Shown: positions 1-12,442 of the stretch, in pieces
How positions within the stretch are numbered: position 1 is the stretch's first letter
Layout of the letters: every line of letters starts with the position of its first letter
Source of the DNA: Eledone cirrhosa
Taxonomy: Eukaryota
DNA: 64,000 nt
Direction of reading: 5' to 3'
NCBI GenBank assembly: GCA_964016885.1
Contig: OZ024745.1
Span: forward strand, 128,960,001-129,024,000
Position numbers and translations under genes: made by a program
The notes under the pieces: model-generated
The model's input: only the letters and a program-made list of their open reading frames with translations
Databases searched by the model: none
Told to the model about the DNA's origin: nothing

Positions 1-420
1 GTTCCAACTCCACACTGCAAAGTGGTCTTGTAGGTGTCACAACAAAAAGTTCCAACCCCACACTGCAAAGTGGTCTTGTAGGTGTCACAACAAAAAGTTC
101 CAACCCCACACTGCAAAGTGGTCTTGTAGGTGTCACAACAAAAAGTTCCCACCCCACACTGTGAAGTGGTCTTGTAGTTGTCACAACAAAAAGTTCCCAC
201 CCCACACTGTGAAGTGGTCTTGTAGGTGTCACAACAAAAAGTTCCCAGCCCACACTGTGAAGTGGTCTTGTAGGTGTCACAACAAAAAGTTCCCACCCCA
301 CACTGTGAAGTGGTCATGTAGGTGTCACAACAAAAAGTTCCCACCCCACACTGTGAAGTGGTCATGTAGGTGTCACAACAAAAAGTTCCCACCCCACTTG
401 TGAAGTGGTCTTGTAGTTTT
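1..420. repeat. 48-bp tandem minisatellite (~8.5 copies, cut by window start)
   Basis: Unit gttcccaccccacactgtgaagtggtcttgtaggtgtcacaacaaaaa repeats in tandem. It grades into a SINE-like stretch at 430-495 (aaaaagcacccatcccacactgtaaatgtggctggcattaggaagg). Confidence 0.95.
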
Positions 421-644
421 TGTCATGGCAAAAAGCACCCATCCCACACTGTAAATGTGGCTGGCATTAGGAAGGCCATTCAGCTGTAGAAACCAACCAA
501 GAAACAGTCCTGTATGAGCAAGACATGTTCACGTGACCTGACTGGTGGCGGTGGTGGTGTCTTTAAAATCAATTAAAAGGTTCCTCCCACTTTGAAATAC
601 GAAAGGAAAAGTTGGCAAAAGTGACATTTGAACTCCAATATAAA

Positions 645-1272
645 TAATTGTTTCTACTTTTGGCACAAGGCTAGCAAATTACCCAGTGTATTACTGGTAC
701 TTTGTTTTATCGACCCCGTAATGATGAAAGGCAAAGTTGACCTCGGCGGGATTTGAACTCAGAATGGCAAGGGCCGTAACTCAAAGCATGGCCTCCGACC
801 CTCTACTGATACTGCCATTCCTATAATAATGGTTTCTGATATAGACACAAACAAGGCCAACAATTTGGTGAGAGGAGAAAGTCGATTAAGTCGACCCTAG
901 TGTGTTACTGGTACTTTATTTTATCGACCAGGTAAGGATGAGAGGTAAAGCTAACCATGGCAGGATTTGAACTCTGAACGTAAAGGGCCATAACTATATG
1001 CTGCAAAGCATGATGTCCGAGATTCTACCACTTTTATCTCCTCCTCCTTTTTCTTTTTCTTTGCCTTCTCCTTTTTTCTTATTTGCCTTCTTCGTCTTCG
1101 TTAACCATGATGTAATATAATTGTTTCTACTTTTGGCACAAGGCCAGCAATTATCCAGTACATTACTGGTACTTTATTTTATCGACCCCGTAAGGATGAA
1201 AGGCAAAGTTAACCTCGGTGGGGTTTCAACTCAGAACTTAAAGGGCCATAACTCTATGCTACTGCTAATCCA
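645..1272 (-). mobile_element. Cluster of three tRNA-derived SINE copies (SINE-A family; ~645-822, ~826-1032, ~1119-1272)
   Basis: Reverse complement of the family consensus seen >20 times in the window: B-box GAGTTCAAATCC, central gcctttcatccttacggggtcgataaaataaagtaccag, 3' ccttgtgccaaaagtagaaacaatta. Confidence 0.85.
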
Positions 1273-1382
1273 CCTGGAGACAGGTAATACTGATAATTTC
1301 AAAGTCGTCCCTTCTTAAAAGCAAACAAACAGCTCTCTATTTATTAAACAAACTGGAAAACAATACTAACATATAGAGAACT

Positions 1383-1512
1383 TGGTGTCGAAACGGCCGG
1401 AGCTCAGCCGTCGGGGTCCTGACTATTCTCCTATTAGCCACTTTACTACCCAAAGTATTGAGTACTTTGGTGCGTTATGGTCCACCTGGTTCCTTACCAC
1501 ACTTCCTTTGTT
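1383..1512 (+). mobile_element. Non-autonomous PLE-like family A fragment with the 3' half of a hammerhead (GAAA-cggccg-gagct-cagccg-TC^ggggtc)
   Basis: Homologous to 11930-12070, 12885-12995, 22063-22237, 35935-36070, 37955-38162 and 50088-50253. Confidence 0.6.
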
Positions 1513-1723
1513 ATAGAGACAACATATTATAAGTCCTATGTTTTTGTTATTGGCTACAGGTTTTGGTATTTCCTACAACCTGACTTACGACGTTTCTTCT
1601 GTCTCTGCGAACATGTTTAATGGTTGGCCAGTTAGAATCAAGTGGTCTGTATTTTGTAGATTCTGTGTGTTTACACTCACACACTTATACACACACATCC
1701 ACATATCCAGACACACATACGCG

Positions 1724-1760
<37 letters not shown>

Positions 1761-2135
1761 ACACGCAGCTTTGTTTTCTTCTATTCTGTGTTCTCTTACC
1801 CTATATTTTCAATTTATTTTTACGTGAATTTGAAATTGTTTACTGTTCTTAAAGTCTTTTCTAGTATGCTCATAGGCATAGGTCCCACACACACACACAC
1901 ACGCGCACGCACACGCACACACACGCACACGCACGCACACACACGCACGCACACACACACGCGCGCGCGGGGGAAATGTAGTAGATGCAGAGAAGTTATA
2001 TATATATATGCAGTATGTCTCCCAAAAATGTGTGTATAAATTTTTAGGGCCCCCCCCCCCCATATATATATATATAATGTATGCATGTATATATATATAT
2101 ATATATATATTTGAATTGTTTTTTAAGTTCTCTTA

Positions 2136-2174
<39 letters not shown>

Positions 2175-2350
2175 CTTGAGCGGGTAAAATTCCCGAGATC
2201 CATGGACAAGTTCTCTCCAGCGGTCTCTGTCCTTCATTATCGCTGCCATGTCCTGCGTCTCCAACAGGTCAGTGTCTGTCCTTAGGGCATCAACATACGT
2301 TAACCTTGGCCTTCCTCTTCCAGTGTGTCCATGTAGGGGCTCCCATACAG
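2175..2350 (-). mobile_element. RTE-clade LINE 3' end with (TA)n tail
   Basis: Nearly identical to 40920-41088. Translates EPLHGHTGRGRPRLTYVDALRTDTDLLETQDMAAIMKDRDRWRELVHGSR (RGRP...DR..WR motif of RTE C-termini). Confidence 0.8.
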
Positions 2351-2646
2351 CTCTGAGTTTTTCATCCTCAGTGTATACTGATTAATGTTCAGAGCCATCC
2401 TCAGCATATATATACATATTATATATAATGTTATATCTAACTCCTACCAGGAACAATTTGTATTTCTTTACTTGCTTCCTTCAATAGGAATTTGAAAGAA
2501 CACGAAAAAGAAGAAAAAGAAGAAATACTGCTGTCTAGCAGAGATGAGTAACAAAAGCTAGAGTACAAAGGAATATGGATTTTTATGTGAACTTCATTCT
2601 TAAATCTATTCTTTACAAGATCTCATAATCCTGACATTTCGTTCCA

Positions 2647-2689
<43 letters not shown>

Positions 2690-3105
2690 GTGCCTGGGTG
2701 TGTATGGGCGTGTGTGTCAGTGTTTTTTTTTCTTCTATTAACTTTCTCCTGTTTCTCATCTATATTGTTGTTGTTGTTATTGTTGTTATTATTATTTATT
2801 GTCATCATCATCATCATCGTCATCAGAAACCATTATCTGATTTCAAATCCCGGCGAGGTTAGCTTTTGCCTTTCATCCTTATGGGGTCGATAAAATATAG
2901 CACCAGTGAGTACTGGAGTCGATCGATTTAATCGACCCCCCCAAAAAAAAATTGCTGGCCTTGTGCCTAAAGTAGAAACAATTATTATTGTCATCATCAT
3001 CAGTAACATCAATTCCCCTTCTTTAAAATCTCTCTCTCTTTCTCTTATATTTATATATATATATATGTAAATATAAAACTTATGTATGTATATATATATA
3101 AAACT

Positions 3106-3147
<42 letters not shown>

Positions 3148-3420
3148 TTATGTATGTATATATATATAAATATAAAACTTATGTATATACAGTATATATA
3201 TATATATATATAAAACGTATGTATGTGTGTATATATATAAATAAACCTATAAATATTCATACCATTTTCTTAGACAAGTGTTGTTCGCTTTTCATCTTTC
3301 ATTTTTGTGTCTGAAGAAGAAAAGAAACAAAAAAAATGTTTTTTTATTTCTCTCAAGTGTGAGGTCCATTCAAGTGGATACACATACACAACGTCATTAT
3401 AAATATATATATATATATAT

Positions 3421-3838
3421 ACAATATTAAATAAATGGAAAACTATATTTATAAAACCATATTTATTTCATTATATATATTTCGGGGATATCATATTAAC
3501 AATATGCTATGCCTTCATCAGACAAAATACAATATAAACAGTTTTATAGATAAATAGATTCGACATACCGTAATAACACCGACTTCATTTGAAGAGGTTT
3601 ACGCTGGCAGTATGTCGAATCTATTTATCTATAAAACTGTTTATATTGTATTTTGTCTGATGAAGGCATAGCATATTGTTAATATGATATCCCCGAAATA
3701 TATATAATGAAATAAATATGGTTTTATAAATATAGTTTTCCATTTATTTAATATTGTAAATATACTCCAAATATTTGTCGAGTGCTTTTATATCAGTTAT
3801 AAATATTTACTAGTTGTAACCCAACAATTTTAAATATA

Positions 3839-3842
<4 letters not shown>
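3421..3842 (+). mobile_element. Fold-back PLE-like element: 148-bp inverted arms (3421-3568/3610-3757) plus 3' extension, flanked by (TA)n
   Basis: Arms are essentially perfect reverse complements and each contains a hammerhead motif. A diverged relative lies at 38708-39030. Confidence 0.8.
3649..3714 (+). ncRNA. Type I hammerhead ribozyme (mirror copy on - strand 3464-3529)
   Basis: UAUUUUGU-CUGAUGA-[stem II ..CAUAUU GUU AAUAUG..]-GAAA-U-AUAU-A-UA^AUGAAAUA. Stem I is 8 bp (2 G-U), loop III is the palindrome AUAU, predicted cleavage after 3706. Confidence 0.75.
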
Positions 3843-3900
<58 letters not shown>

Positions 3901-3903
<3 letters not shown>

Positions 3904-4236
3904 ATAATAATAAATTTGAAGACTAAAATCCAAAGAGGGCTCGATAAAGATAAATATATATCAGATATATAAGAACCGTAGAGCAAATATTTATTAAAAT
4001 AACAGATTAAAGTTTAAGCAAAGAATCGCTGCTTTCACCCTTAACGGGATCTTTTGAAACTAACAAAGTTAATCTGTGAACGCAGAAGTAAATATTTCGA
4101 AAAACGTTGCAACCGAAGGAAGACAGGAAGACGATACTTTGGTTGGTGGAGACGTTCCCTGGCAAAGAACGGGAACAAACGAAGGTGAAAGCAGCGATTC
4201 TTCGCTTAAACTTTAATCTGTTATTTTAATAAATAT
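3901..4236 (-). mobile_element. PLE-like family B element with partial inverted duplication and degenerate hammerhead (4011-4061)
   Basis: Near-identical to 22545-22742. Segment 3988-4039 is mirrored at 4184-4236, and the 3' end abuts (TA)n at 3843-3900. Confidence 0.7.
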
Positions 4237-4244
4237 ATATATAA

Positions 4245-4436
4245 GGGCGGTGGATTGGCAGTATCGGTAGAGGGTCGGACGCCATACTTTTCAGCACAGA
4301 GTTATGGCCCTTTACGGTCTGAGTTCCAATCTCGCCGAGGTTAACTCTGCCTTTCATCCTTACGGGGTCGATAAAATAAAGTACCAGTAATGTACGGGGA
4401 TAATTGCTGGCCTTGTGCCAAAGGTAGAAACAATTA
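4245..4436 (+). mobile_element. tRNA-derived SINE-A, full length
   Basis: ggcggtggatTGGCAGTATCGGtagag (A-box like), GAGTTCCAATCT (B-box like), conserved body and tail. Confidence 0.9.
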
Positions 4437-4488
4437 TATATATATATATATAAACACATACCCATGTTTATATATATGTGTGTGTGTA

Positions 4489-4539
<51 letters not shown>

Positions 4540-5155
4540 ATAGTATTGCTGATGATATGAAATATACCCTAGGGCACTGACACTGCCCATTTAAGCACCA
4601 CTGACCCCTTATTTAACTTTCTTTGGAAAATAATCCCTGTATCATTCAAAGATTAGTTGTATTTAGTTGCTCCTTGGTTTCATCGTATTGAAGGTTTTCC
4701 TTTCTTTGTGTAAATCTATCTTCCATACTATATAAACCTCGCCAGCATTGTCTGTCTGGTGTCTTCTTCTTTATCTAGTTTCCCATTATTATTTTTGTCT
4801 CCTTTCTCTGTATGAGACTTAAATATATTTATTTATCTACCTATATCTCACTTTCCCATTGGACACCCGGGACATTTGCAGAGATAGCTTTACACACGTG
4901 TACACACATAGATATACATACAGGCACTCCCACATTCATGAAGAATTATTCAGATTCATTCCCATGGCGACAACGTTTCAACAAAGCTTGCATTCGCTAA
5001 GCTTCATCAGAGAAAGGAAGGAAAATAAATTTGTTTCTTCAATGATAAAGTTTACCGAATAATGTTTTACTGAGACATTACGGCCAGGTTGTAAGAGAAA
5101 GCATAAACTTTACACAACACTCTGTATTCAGTGCCTGACTACTGTGATCAGCTGA

Positions 5156-5631
5156 TAGAGGTTGTGAATACTCCGTATTGAGGATAGTTTTAGCGTACGG
5201 GTTGTTTCACTCAACAAGAGGTTGCCGTAGGTGGCGAGTTTGTGAGTTCCCGGGAATTCCTATGTAAGTTTATCTTGGAGTAATAATATTGAAAGAGTGA
5301 AGAATAACATGGTCAACAGTACAAAAAAAATGTTTTATTTACAGTCTAACAATTGTTTCACTGATTAAGTTGTCTAAAAATTGTTGAACTTCAATTGTTC
5401 AACAATTTTTAGACAACTTAATCAGTGAAACAATTGTTAATACTGTAAATAAAACCCTTTTTTTTGTACTGTTGACCATGTTATTCTTCACTCTTTCAAT
5501 ATTATTACTCCAAGATAAACTTACATAGGAATTCCCGAGAACTCAAACTCGCCACCCACGGCAACCTTTTGTTGACTCAAACAACGCCGTACGTTAAAAC
5601 TATCCTCAATACGGAGTATTCACAACCTCTA
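5156..5631. repeat. ~475-bp fold-back palindrome (arms ~235 bp) containing hammerhead 3' halves GAAA-CAATTG-TT
   Basis: Arms are reverse-complementary with scattered mismatches, centre near 5393. Confidence 0.85.
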
Positions 5632-5758
5632 ACTGGATTACCTATAACGATATTTTGTTACCTTATATATATATAGATAGATATAATGTGTGTGTGTGAA
5701 GAAATAATAAAACATACAAAGTCTTATTAGGTTCACGCGTAGAGGAAATGGAGGGGTG

Positions 5759-5792
5759 TTCTACCTTTCGGACGGAAGTCCTTCATCAGGAA
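5759..5792 (-). ncRNA. Minimal type I hammerhead ribozyme motif
   Basis: UUC-CUGAUGA-A-GGAC-UUCC-GUCC-GAAA-GG-UA^GAA. The downstream end runs into (CA)n on the - strand. Confidence 0.6.
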
Positions 5793-6106
5793 AGTTCGGA
5801 TAGTAGTTACATGAAAGTTTGAAAAAATAGTTAAGAATATATATATATACATACCCTCTGTGTGTATATATACACCCAACACACACACGCTATGTATATG
5901 TACACCCAACAAAATTCCTTGTTTCAAGTCATTGTTCAAGATTTTCTTCAGTTGATGTTTCTGGCTGCCTCTGAATATTTAAAATGTTTTCACTGCTTAA
6001 TTTTCGTCTAAACTCTAAGCAACCCTCCCTGAAGTTTTCAGTCTATTTCACTCTGTTTTTAGTATTGAATCCACCCTTTTCTTCTTGTTAGTACTTTTAT
6101 GCTTGC

Positions 6107-6358
<252 letters not shown>

Positions 6359-6712
6359 GATATCTGCATTAGTGTATCGTTAGTAATTGTATAGCTGCAG
6401 TCTTGTAAAAGCAATTGAATATTTTTATAACGGTCTTAAAAGAATGGTAAACATTCACTGTTGTAAAAGAGATTGTTGAAAAATGCTGTAAACATTGGAT
6501 TATAAAGGAAACTAACTGTGCGTGCTAAATGTGTGTGGATGTGTGAGTGTGTGTATATATTACGTACGCAAGTATGGAAAAAGAGACGTAAAATACACAA
6601 AACATACACACACACACACACACATACGCACACACGTGTTTCTGCGTGTAGCAATAACACAATCCTATATGTGATGGCAAATGCAGTGTTAATACACACA
6701 CTTGTATGTATG

Positions 6713-6759
<47 letters not shown>

Positions 6760-7141
6760 ATCATAAACAAATGTTTGAACTGTGTGTTGTAAAAGTTAGA
6801 CGTTCTAGTGTTGATATATATATGTATGTACACACACATATAGTGGATGAGGTGACAGGTAACATAAATTGCCAAGTGTCAGTATGCACTGATGAGTTCA
6901 GTTATATAAACCTGTCGTTGTTGTAGGATTGGTCTGTTTGAGTCATGAGCAAACTGCGGCTTGTTTAGTTTTCTGAATGGTACACCTGCTTTCAAATTTG
7001 CCTTGAACCTTTTAGTAGTACGACCTGCTGCTTCCCAAAAAACGTTGCCTGTGCTTGGCCTGTTGTCAGCTAGAGTTTACTACGTATTCCTGTACGTTTC
7101 CGCCATCTCCTCCAATGTCTTGAAGCAAATTCAACATCTCT

Positions 7142-7849
7142 CATGACTTAATATCTTGGAGAAGTTATGGTAGTGACTTGCCTTAGTCAAGTACTGGTGA
7201 CATGACTTAATATCTTGGAGAAGTTATGGTAGTGACTTGCCCTAGTCAAGTACTGGTGGCATGACTTAATATCTTGGAGAAGTTATGGTAGTGACTTGCC
7301 CTAGTCAAGTACTGGTGGCATGACTTAATATCTTGAAGAAGTTATGGTAGTGACTTGCCCTAGTCAAGTACTGGTGACATGACTTAATATCTTGGAGAAG
7401 TTATGGTAGTGACTTGCCTTAGTCAAGTACTGGTGACATGACTTAATATCTTGAAGAAGTTATGGTAGTGACTTGCCCTAGTCAAGTACTGGTGACATGA
7501 CTTAATATCTTGGAGAAGTTATGGTAGTGACTTGCCCTAGTCAAGTACTGGTGGCATGACTTAATATCTTGGAGAAGTTATGGTAGTGACTTGCCCTAGT
7601 CAAGTACTGGTGGCATGACTTAATATCTTGAAGAAGTTATGGTAGTGACTTGCCCTAGTCAAGTACTGGTGACATGACTTAATATCTTGAAGAAGTTATG
7701 GTAGTGACTTGCCCTAGTCAAGTACTGGTGACATGACTTAATATCTTGGAGAAGTTATGGTAGTGACTTGCCCTAGTCAAGTACTGGTGACATGACTTAA
7801 TATCTTGGAGAAGTTATGGTAGTGACTTGCCCTAGTCAAGTACTGGTGT
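7142..7849. repeat. 59-bp tandem minisatellite, 12 copies
   Basis: Unit catgacttaatatcttggagaagttatggtagtgacttgccctagtcaagtactggtg(a/g). The last copy runs into a SINE-tail-like gtcgatttaatcgat. Confidence 0.95.
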
Positions 7850-8280
7850 CGATTTAATCGATGTTTGCCTCTCCACAAATTACTGATATTCTCTAAATAA
7901 GTGGATTGGCAAAATTATTTGGGATTTGAGAGAGAGAGAGATTGGACTGCTATTTCTAGCAGTTCGAATGGCCACTCAGAGAGTTTGCACATCGGAGATG
8001 ACGGCAGGTTGTGTGAGGGAAATAATTGTTAGTTTATAGTACGATGGGTAAGTTAATAGGGCGAACATCTGATAAGGTCCTGTTGTCTGTCTGAATACAC
8101 TGGCAGCCTTTTTGGTCTGGTCGTTATGGGCGCTCTGATAACATCCATATCCCGTCTTATCTCTGCTATTTTTAGCATTTCGTTTCATTTGTCTTGATGC
8201 ATATCTCTCTCTGTCTGATGTATTATATATATGCACACACATACACACAAATATATGTATATGTCTGTGTGTGTGGGTGC

Positions 8281-8343
<63 letters not shown>

Positions 8344-9600
8344 CACACAGGGGAGGAGGGGAGATTTTCGCATGATAAACATGGTGGGGAAAAAGACTTC
8401 AATGAACTGGGATTATCCTCGTAATTCTAAAATGAAAACTCCTCTTTAGGATTGTTCAGCAAGCAAGGAAAAGGGCTCCTACAATATCGGTTGATTTAAT
8501 TTTTTTTTTGAAAATTTCAAAAGATACATTAGAAAGTGTACCTTGGCTAAATGCCTACCGAGGAAAACAACAGACATGTTCCAATCTTGTTAGATCTTTT
8601 TAGCGAAGATTAATCACTTAGTTGATTAGACCAAAATGGTTGATATAAGGGATGTATATATCGAGATAGTGTGTGCGTATGTATGTGTAATGCAGTCTTA
8701 CCTTAACACTAGATCACAACCCCGGAGAAAGATATATCTGAATAAATCCATTCTAGTATTGTATGTGTCCGCTGTTTATGTCATTTGATAAGTAAAGATA
8801 TAAAGTAAACATACTTTATACTGACACATGTTTTTGATAGGCACACTGACATTTTCAGCCTCGCTTTGAAAATTAGTAACACACATCTATCCCCAAAACA
8901 GCTTCTCTTAAAGTGTTCACATTTAAACTTTCACCTTATTACATGGAAGATAATATTAGATTTAGTTTAGTTAAATATTTGTCTTTCGTTATTAAGTTGA
9001 AGGTTAGCAGTTTCACTAAACCGCTTCATAACATTTGATTATTTTGATAATTAAAAGAGAATAGCAGTAAATTCCCGTTAGAAATATGGTCACGAAAGTG
9101 TTACAGTTTTAGTTACCAACCCGACCAAAACTGACTCTGGTTCTATGAAGTAAAACCACCTATTTTAAAGGCTTCCAATTTTATATAAGAACCTTACATT
9201 AAGTTATTATCTTAATAACGAAATAATTAATAATTTTAGTAAATCTCTTGAAATTCTTCATTATCTAATTAAAATAGAGTGTATTTCATTAGAAATGCAG
9301 TAATGAAAGTGTTAAACTTCATATTTTCCTTTGTGTGATCAGGAAAAAAAATGGCTGCCATCATTAGTTTCAGCATTTTTCTTTTACTGTTTCATCAAAG
9401 ATTAGTTACTCTTTCCTGCGTGAAGAGTAGATTATAGTTATTTATAGTATACACTAGATTGAATACGACTAAATTGGTCGGCTGCCTCAATTTGCATAAC
9501 ATTAAAATCGTTGGCAACGTGAACTATGAACTAGTATTTCCTATGTAATCAAGAAAATCATTAACCGATTTCTGATGAAGTCGTAATTAGTGCTGAAATA

Positions 9601-9832
9601 GGCAGATTTTACGGGCAAAACCAACCGACAGGAGACCCCAGGAGTAGCCACCGAGCTAGATGGTTGGATAACATCCATGAGCTTGGCTGGTCTCACTTTG
9701 TGATCCAGCCGGATCAGTTGGATACGGTTGCTTCTGACAGGACCTGCTTGGAGGAGTGTTTAAGGACTCTGTGTTCCCCCCCCCCCCCCTTCCCATGGAC
9801 CACTCAGGAATAAGTGGGCAAAGAAGAAGAAA
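9601..9832 (+). mobile_element. RTE-like LINE 3' end with (GAA)n tail
   Basis: Homologous to 18170-18450 and 46785-46950. Shows a degenerate ILRAKPTDRRPR..RARWLDNI motif. Confidence 0.7.
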
Positions 9833-10359
9833 AATGTGATAGTGAAGCAGAAGCCGATCTCTTTTTCTAGCCCCGGAGGAAATACATGTTGGTGTGAATG
9901 ATGTTCGATTGAATCTTCTCGAAACGAAGTTGAACCAAGTTTTGCTGAGTGTTGAAGTTGTAGTCAGAGCAGGTTGATATGGATGAAGCTGTGGGTCGGT
10001 GGGGGAAGGGTGAGGATAAAGTATTTTACTGCGTTTGGGGCTAGGTTAGGAGAGGACTGCGCTTCATGTTAATTGAATGCTTATGGTGTGTGTGTATGTG
10101 TGATGGATAGATGGTTGTGGTTGGAAGAGGGATTACGATTAAGCTTTTGACCCAATTAACAACTTAGCAATATTATAATAACAACAACAACAACCCACAT
10201 TCACAGACACACAGATAAGTGAAAGAAATGCCATGTCAGCAAGGCTGTTGTTCATCCCCCACCTCTCCCCGTCATTACTCATGTTCTTGGTGTTGTAGTT
10301 GGCAGATTGGTGGTGGAGGGGTCTGGATTAAACCTATTTTTTTTTTAATGAAAGGATTA

Positions 10360-10438
<79 letters not shown>

Positions 10439-10904
10439 CCGCCGCCATTTGTCTCTCATTTTGTTGTTGCTCTTGTTCAGCTCTTTGATAAGCCATGATT
10501 GAGCATGGCTGTCATCAAAGGCCTTCCAGCCGTAACAATCACGTCTTTTTATATATTGTTCAATGTACATTTCGTTGCTTATCTATTTTTCCTTCATCTT
10601 TTTATTCTTGTTCCCTTCTAAAAAACTAAAATGATACGGTGTGATTCGTAAGATATTTAGTTGATATCTCTTTCAGGTCGGATGACTACGTATAGCAATG
10701 ATTCTAAATGTGAGGGGGTATACCACAAACGGGGCTAATTTGAATATTTAGGGGGCGAAAGGCAATTTTTCTAAGCTTTTATCATGTTATATATATATCT
10801 TTTTAGCATGAAACCTGTCTTCGTGAAGGGGGAAGGGCAGCTATTTTATTTTTGTGGTGTCGTGACGGAGCATAGAGCAAAAAAAAAGACAAAAACAACT
10901 ATTA

Positions 10905-11040
10905 CTCTTCCAGCGCATCTCCCTGACCACCCGCTGGGGCTGTGGGGAGGCCAGCACGTGGGACCCCATTTGCTCACCATACAGAGAGATAGAGATAGAG
11001 AGCGAGAGGGATGGAGGCGATGACAGCGGGAGTTCGGGTC
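10905..11040 (-). repeat. Unclassified ~120-bp GC-rich dispersed motif, copy 1 of 4
   Basis: gaactcccgctgtcatcgcctccatc...gtatggtgagcaaatggggtcccacgtgctggcctccccacagcccc matches 32703-32828 closely. Confidence 0.75.
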
Positions 11041-11871
11041 TTCCACGTTCGGACCATATCCTTGTGGTTGTGTTGATATAAAGGCTCGTCTGTTGATGGC
11101 ACCTTAGTTGGAAAAAATGTAAAAAATTAATACGCGGGAGTGGTGGTGATGGTGGGGAGGGGTCGTTATTTGAGACCCGAGAGTACCTCTAATTGTCGAA
11201 CCATGTCTTAAATAAAGGGACACTTTACTGTTTTACACCAATGTAAACATAAACACACATATCCATCTATCTCACACACCCACACAGACTCCGTGGGTTT
11301 TTGCGCGCAGGCAGGTCTTTCGAAAGATATTTCCCTGATGTGTGTGAGAGAGAGAGAGTTCAAACCCAGGTAAAGTCGATTTTATCCCCCCCCCCCTCTC
11401 TCTCTCTTGGGCCGATAACTTAAGTACCAATAAAGTGCTGAGTTGATTTAAACGACCACCAGTCCTTCTCTCCCACCAAAATCTTGTGAACCCGTGCCAA
11501 TATCAGAAATCAATGTTGGTGGTAGTGGTGGCGGTGTTGGTAGTGGTAGCGGTGTTGGTGGTAGCGGTGGCGGTGTTGGTGGTAGTTGTCATTTCACTTA
11601 AAATGTTTTTACTCCATTTGATATAGTAGGGAGCTTAGCTGGATAATTCTTATGTTTTCTTTTATAATCATTGCTTTTTTTTTTATTTGTTTTTAAAATT
11701 ATATATATTCGTTTAGTTTTTAATTAAAATGAAACAAAAGCTGATTGAGTTGTAATTCAACATCAAAGGGCAACATCACTCAAATCACATTCAGTTGTGT
11801 CTACCTACTTACTTAGCACTTTACTTAGCATCGGCCCATCAACACCCCTCTCTCTCTCAAGTTTCGGGAAA

Positions 11872-11905
<34 letters not shown>

Positions 11906-11929
11906 ACGCACACGCACACACACACGTGT

Positions 11930-12070
11930 GTCAGAAAAGGTGTGGTAAAATACCAGGTGGCCCATAACCCACCAGAGTACTCGATACCTGGGCTAGTAGA
12001 GTGGATAATATGAAAAGATTCAGGACCCGGCAGATGAGTTCCAGCCGTTTCGGTCCTGAATCTTTTCATG
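11930..12070 (-). mobile_element. PLE-like family A copy with terminal hairpin, between (CA)n and (TA)n
   Basis: Family homology. Inverted pair atgaaaagattcaggacc / ggtcctgaatcttttcat. Confidence 0.65.
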
Positions 12071-12074
12071 TGTG

Positions 12075-12117
<43 letters not shown>

Positions 12118-12386
12118 GTGCCAAGGTCCATTGAGCTGTTTTATTGAGAAACATAATTATCATACATACTATATATATGTGACTCTCTTTCTCTCTGTAT
12201 ATCCACCCCTAATGTATATTTTAATTATCTCCCTTCGCTTCCTCTCTCGTTTTCTCTCATACTCTTCACTAAACTCCCGTACGTTTTATGTCCTTGACAC
12301 CCTCTCCTGTTTTATACGTTTCATCTTAGCTTCCCTCTCTTCTTCTCATCACTTCGTCTTCTTCTTTCCCTTTTACACACACTACC

Positions 12387-12442
<56 letters not shown>

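Noticed and set aside
1-420. CRISPR-like appearance of the arrays at 1-420, 7142-7849 and 43041-43862
   Set aside because: Units are contiguous with no unique spacers, there are no cas genes, and the context is eukaryotic.
4245-4330. tRNA genes
   Set aside because: A/B boxes belong to SINE heads and no complete cloverleaf forms.
4544-4570. Isolated CTGANGA..GAAA matches (also 9572, 15245, 15484)
   Set aside because: No closing stem I or no valid UH site; expected by chance in AT-rich DNA.
4967-5015. Hammerhead core on - strand (CUGAUGA-AGCUU..AAGCU..GAAA-CG-UU)
   Set aside because: Stem I does not pair; possibly a decayed copy, not counted.
10478-10525. pre-miRNA hairpin
   Set aside because: The stem is too short (~40 nt in total).
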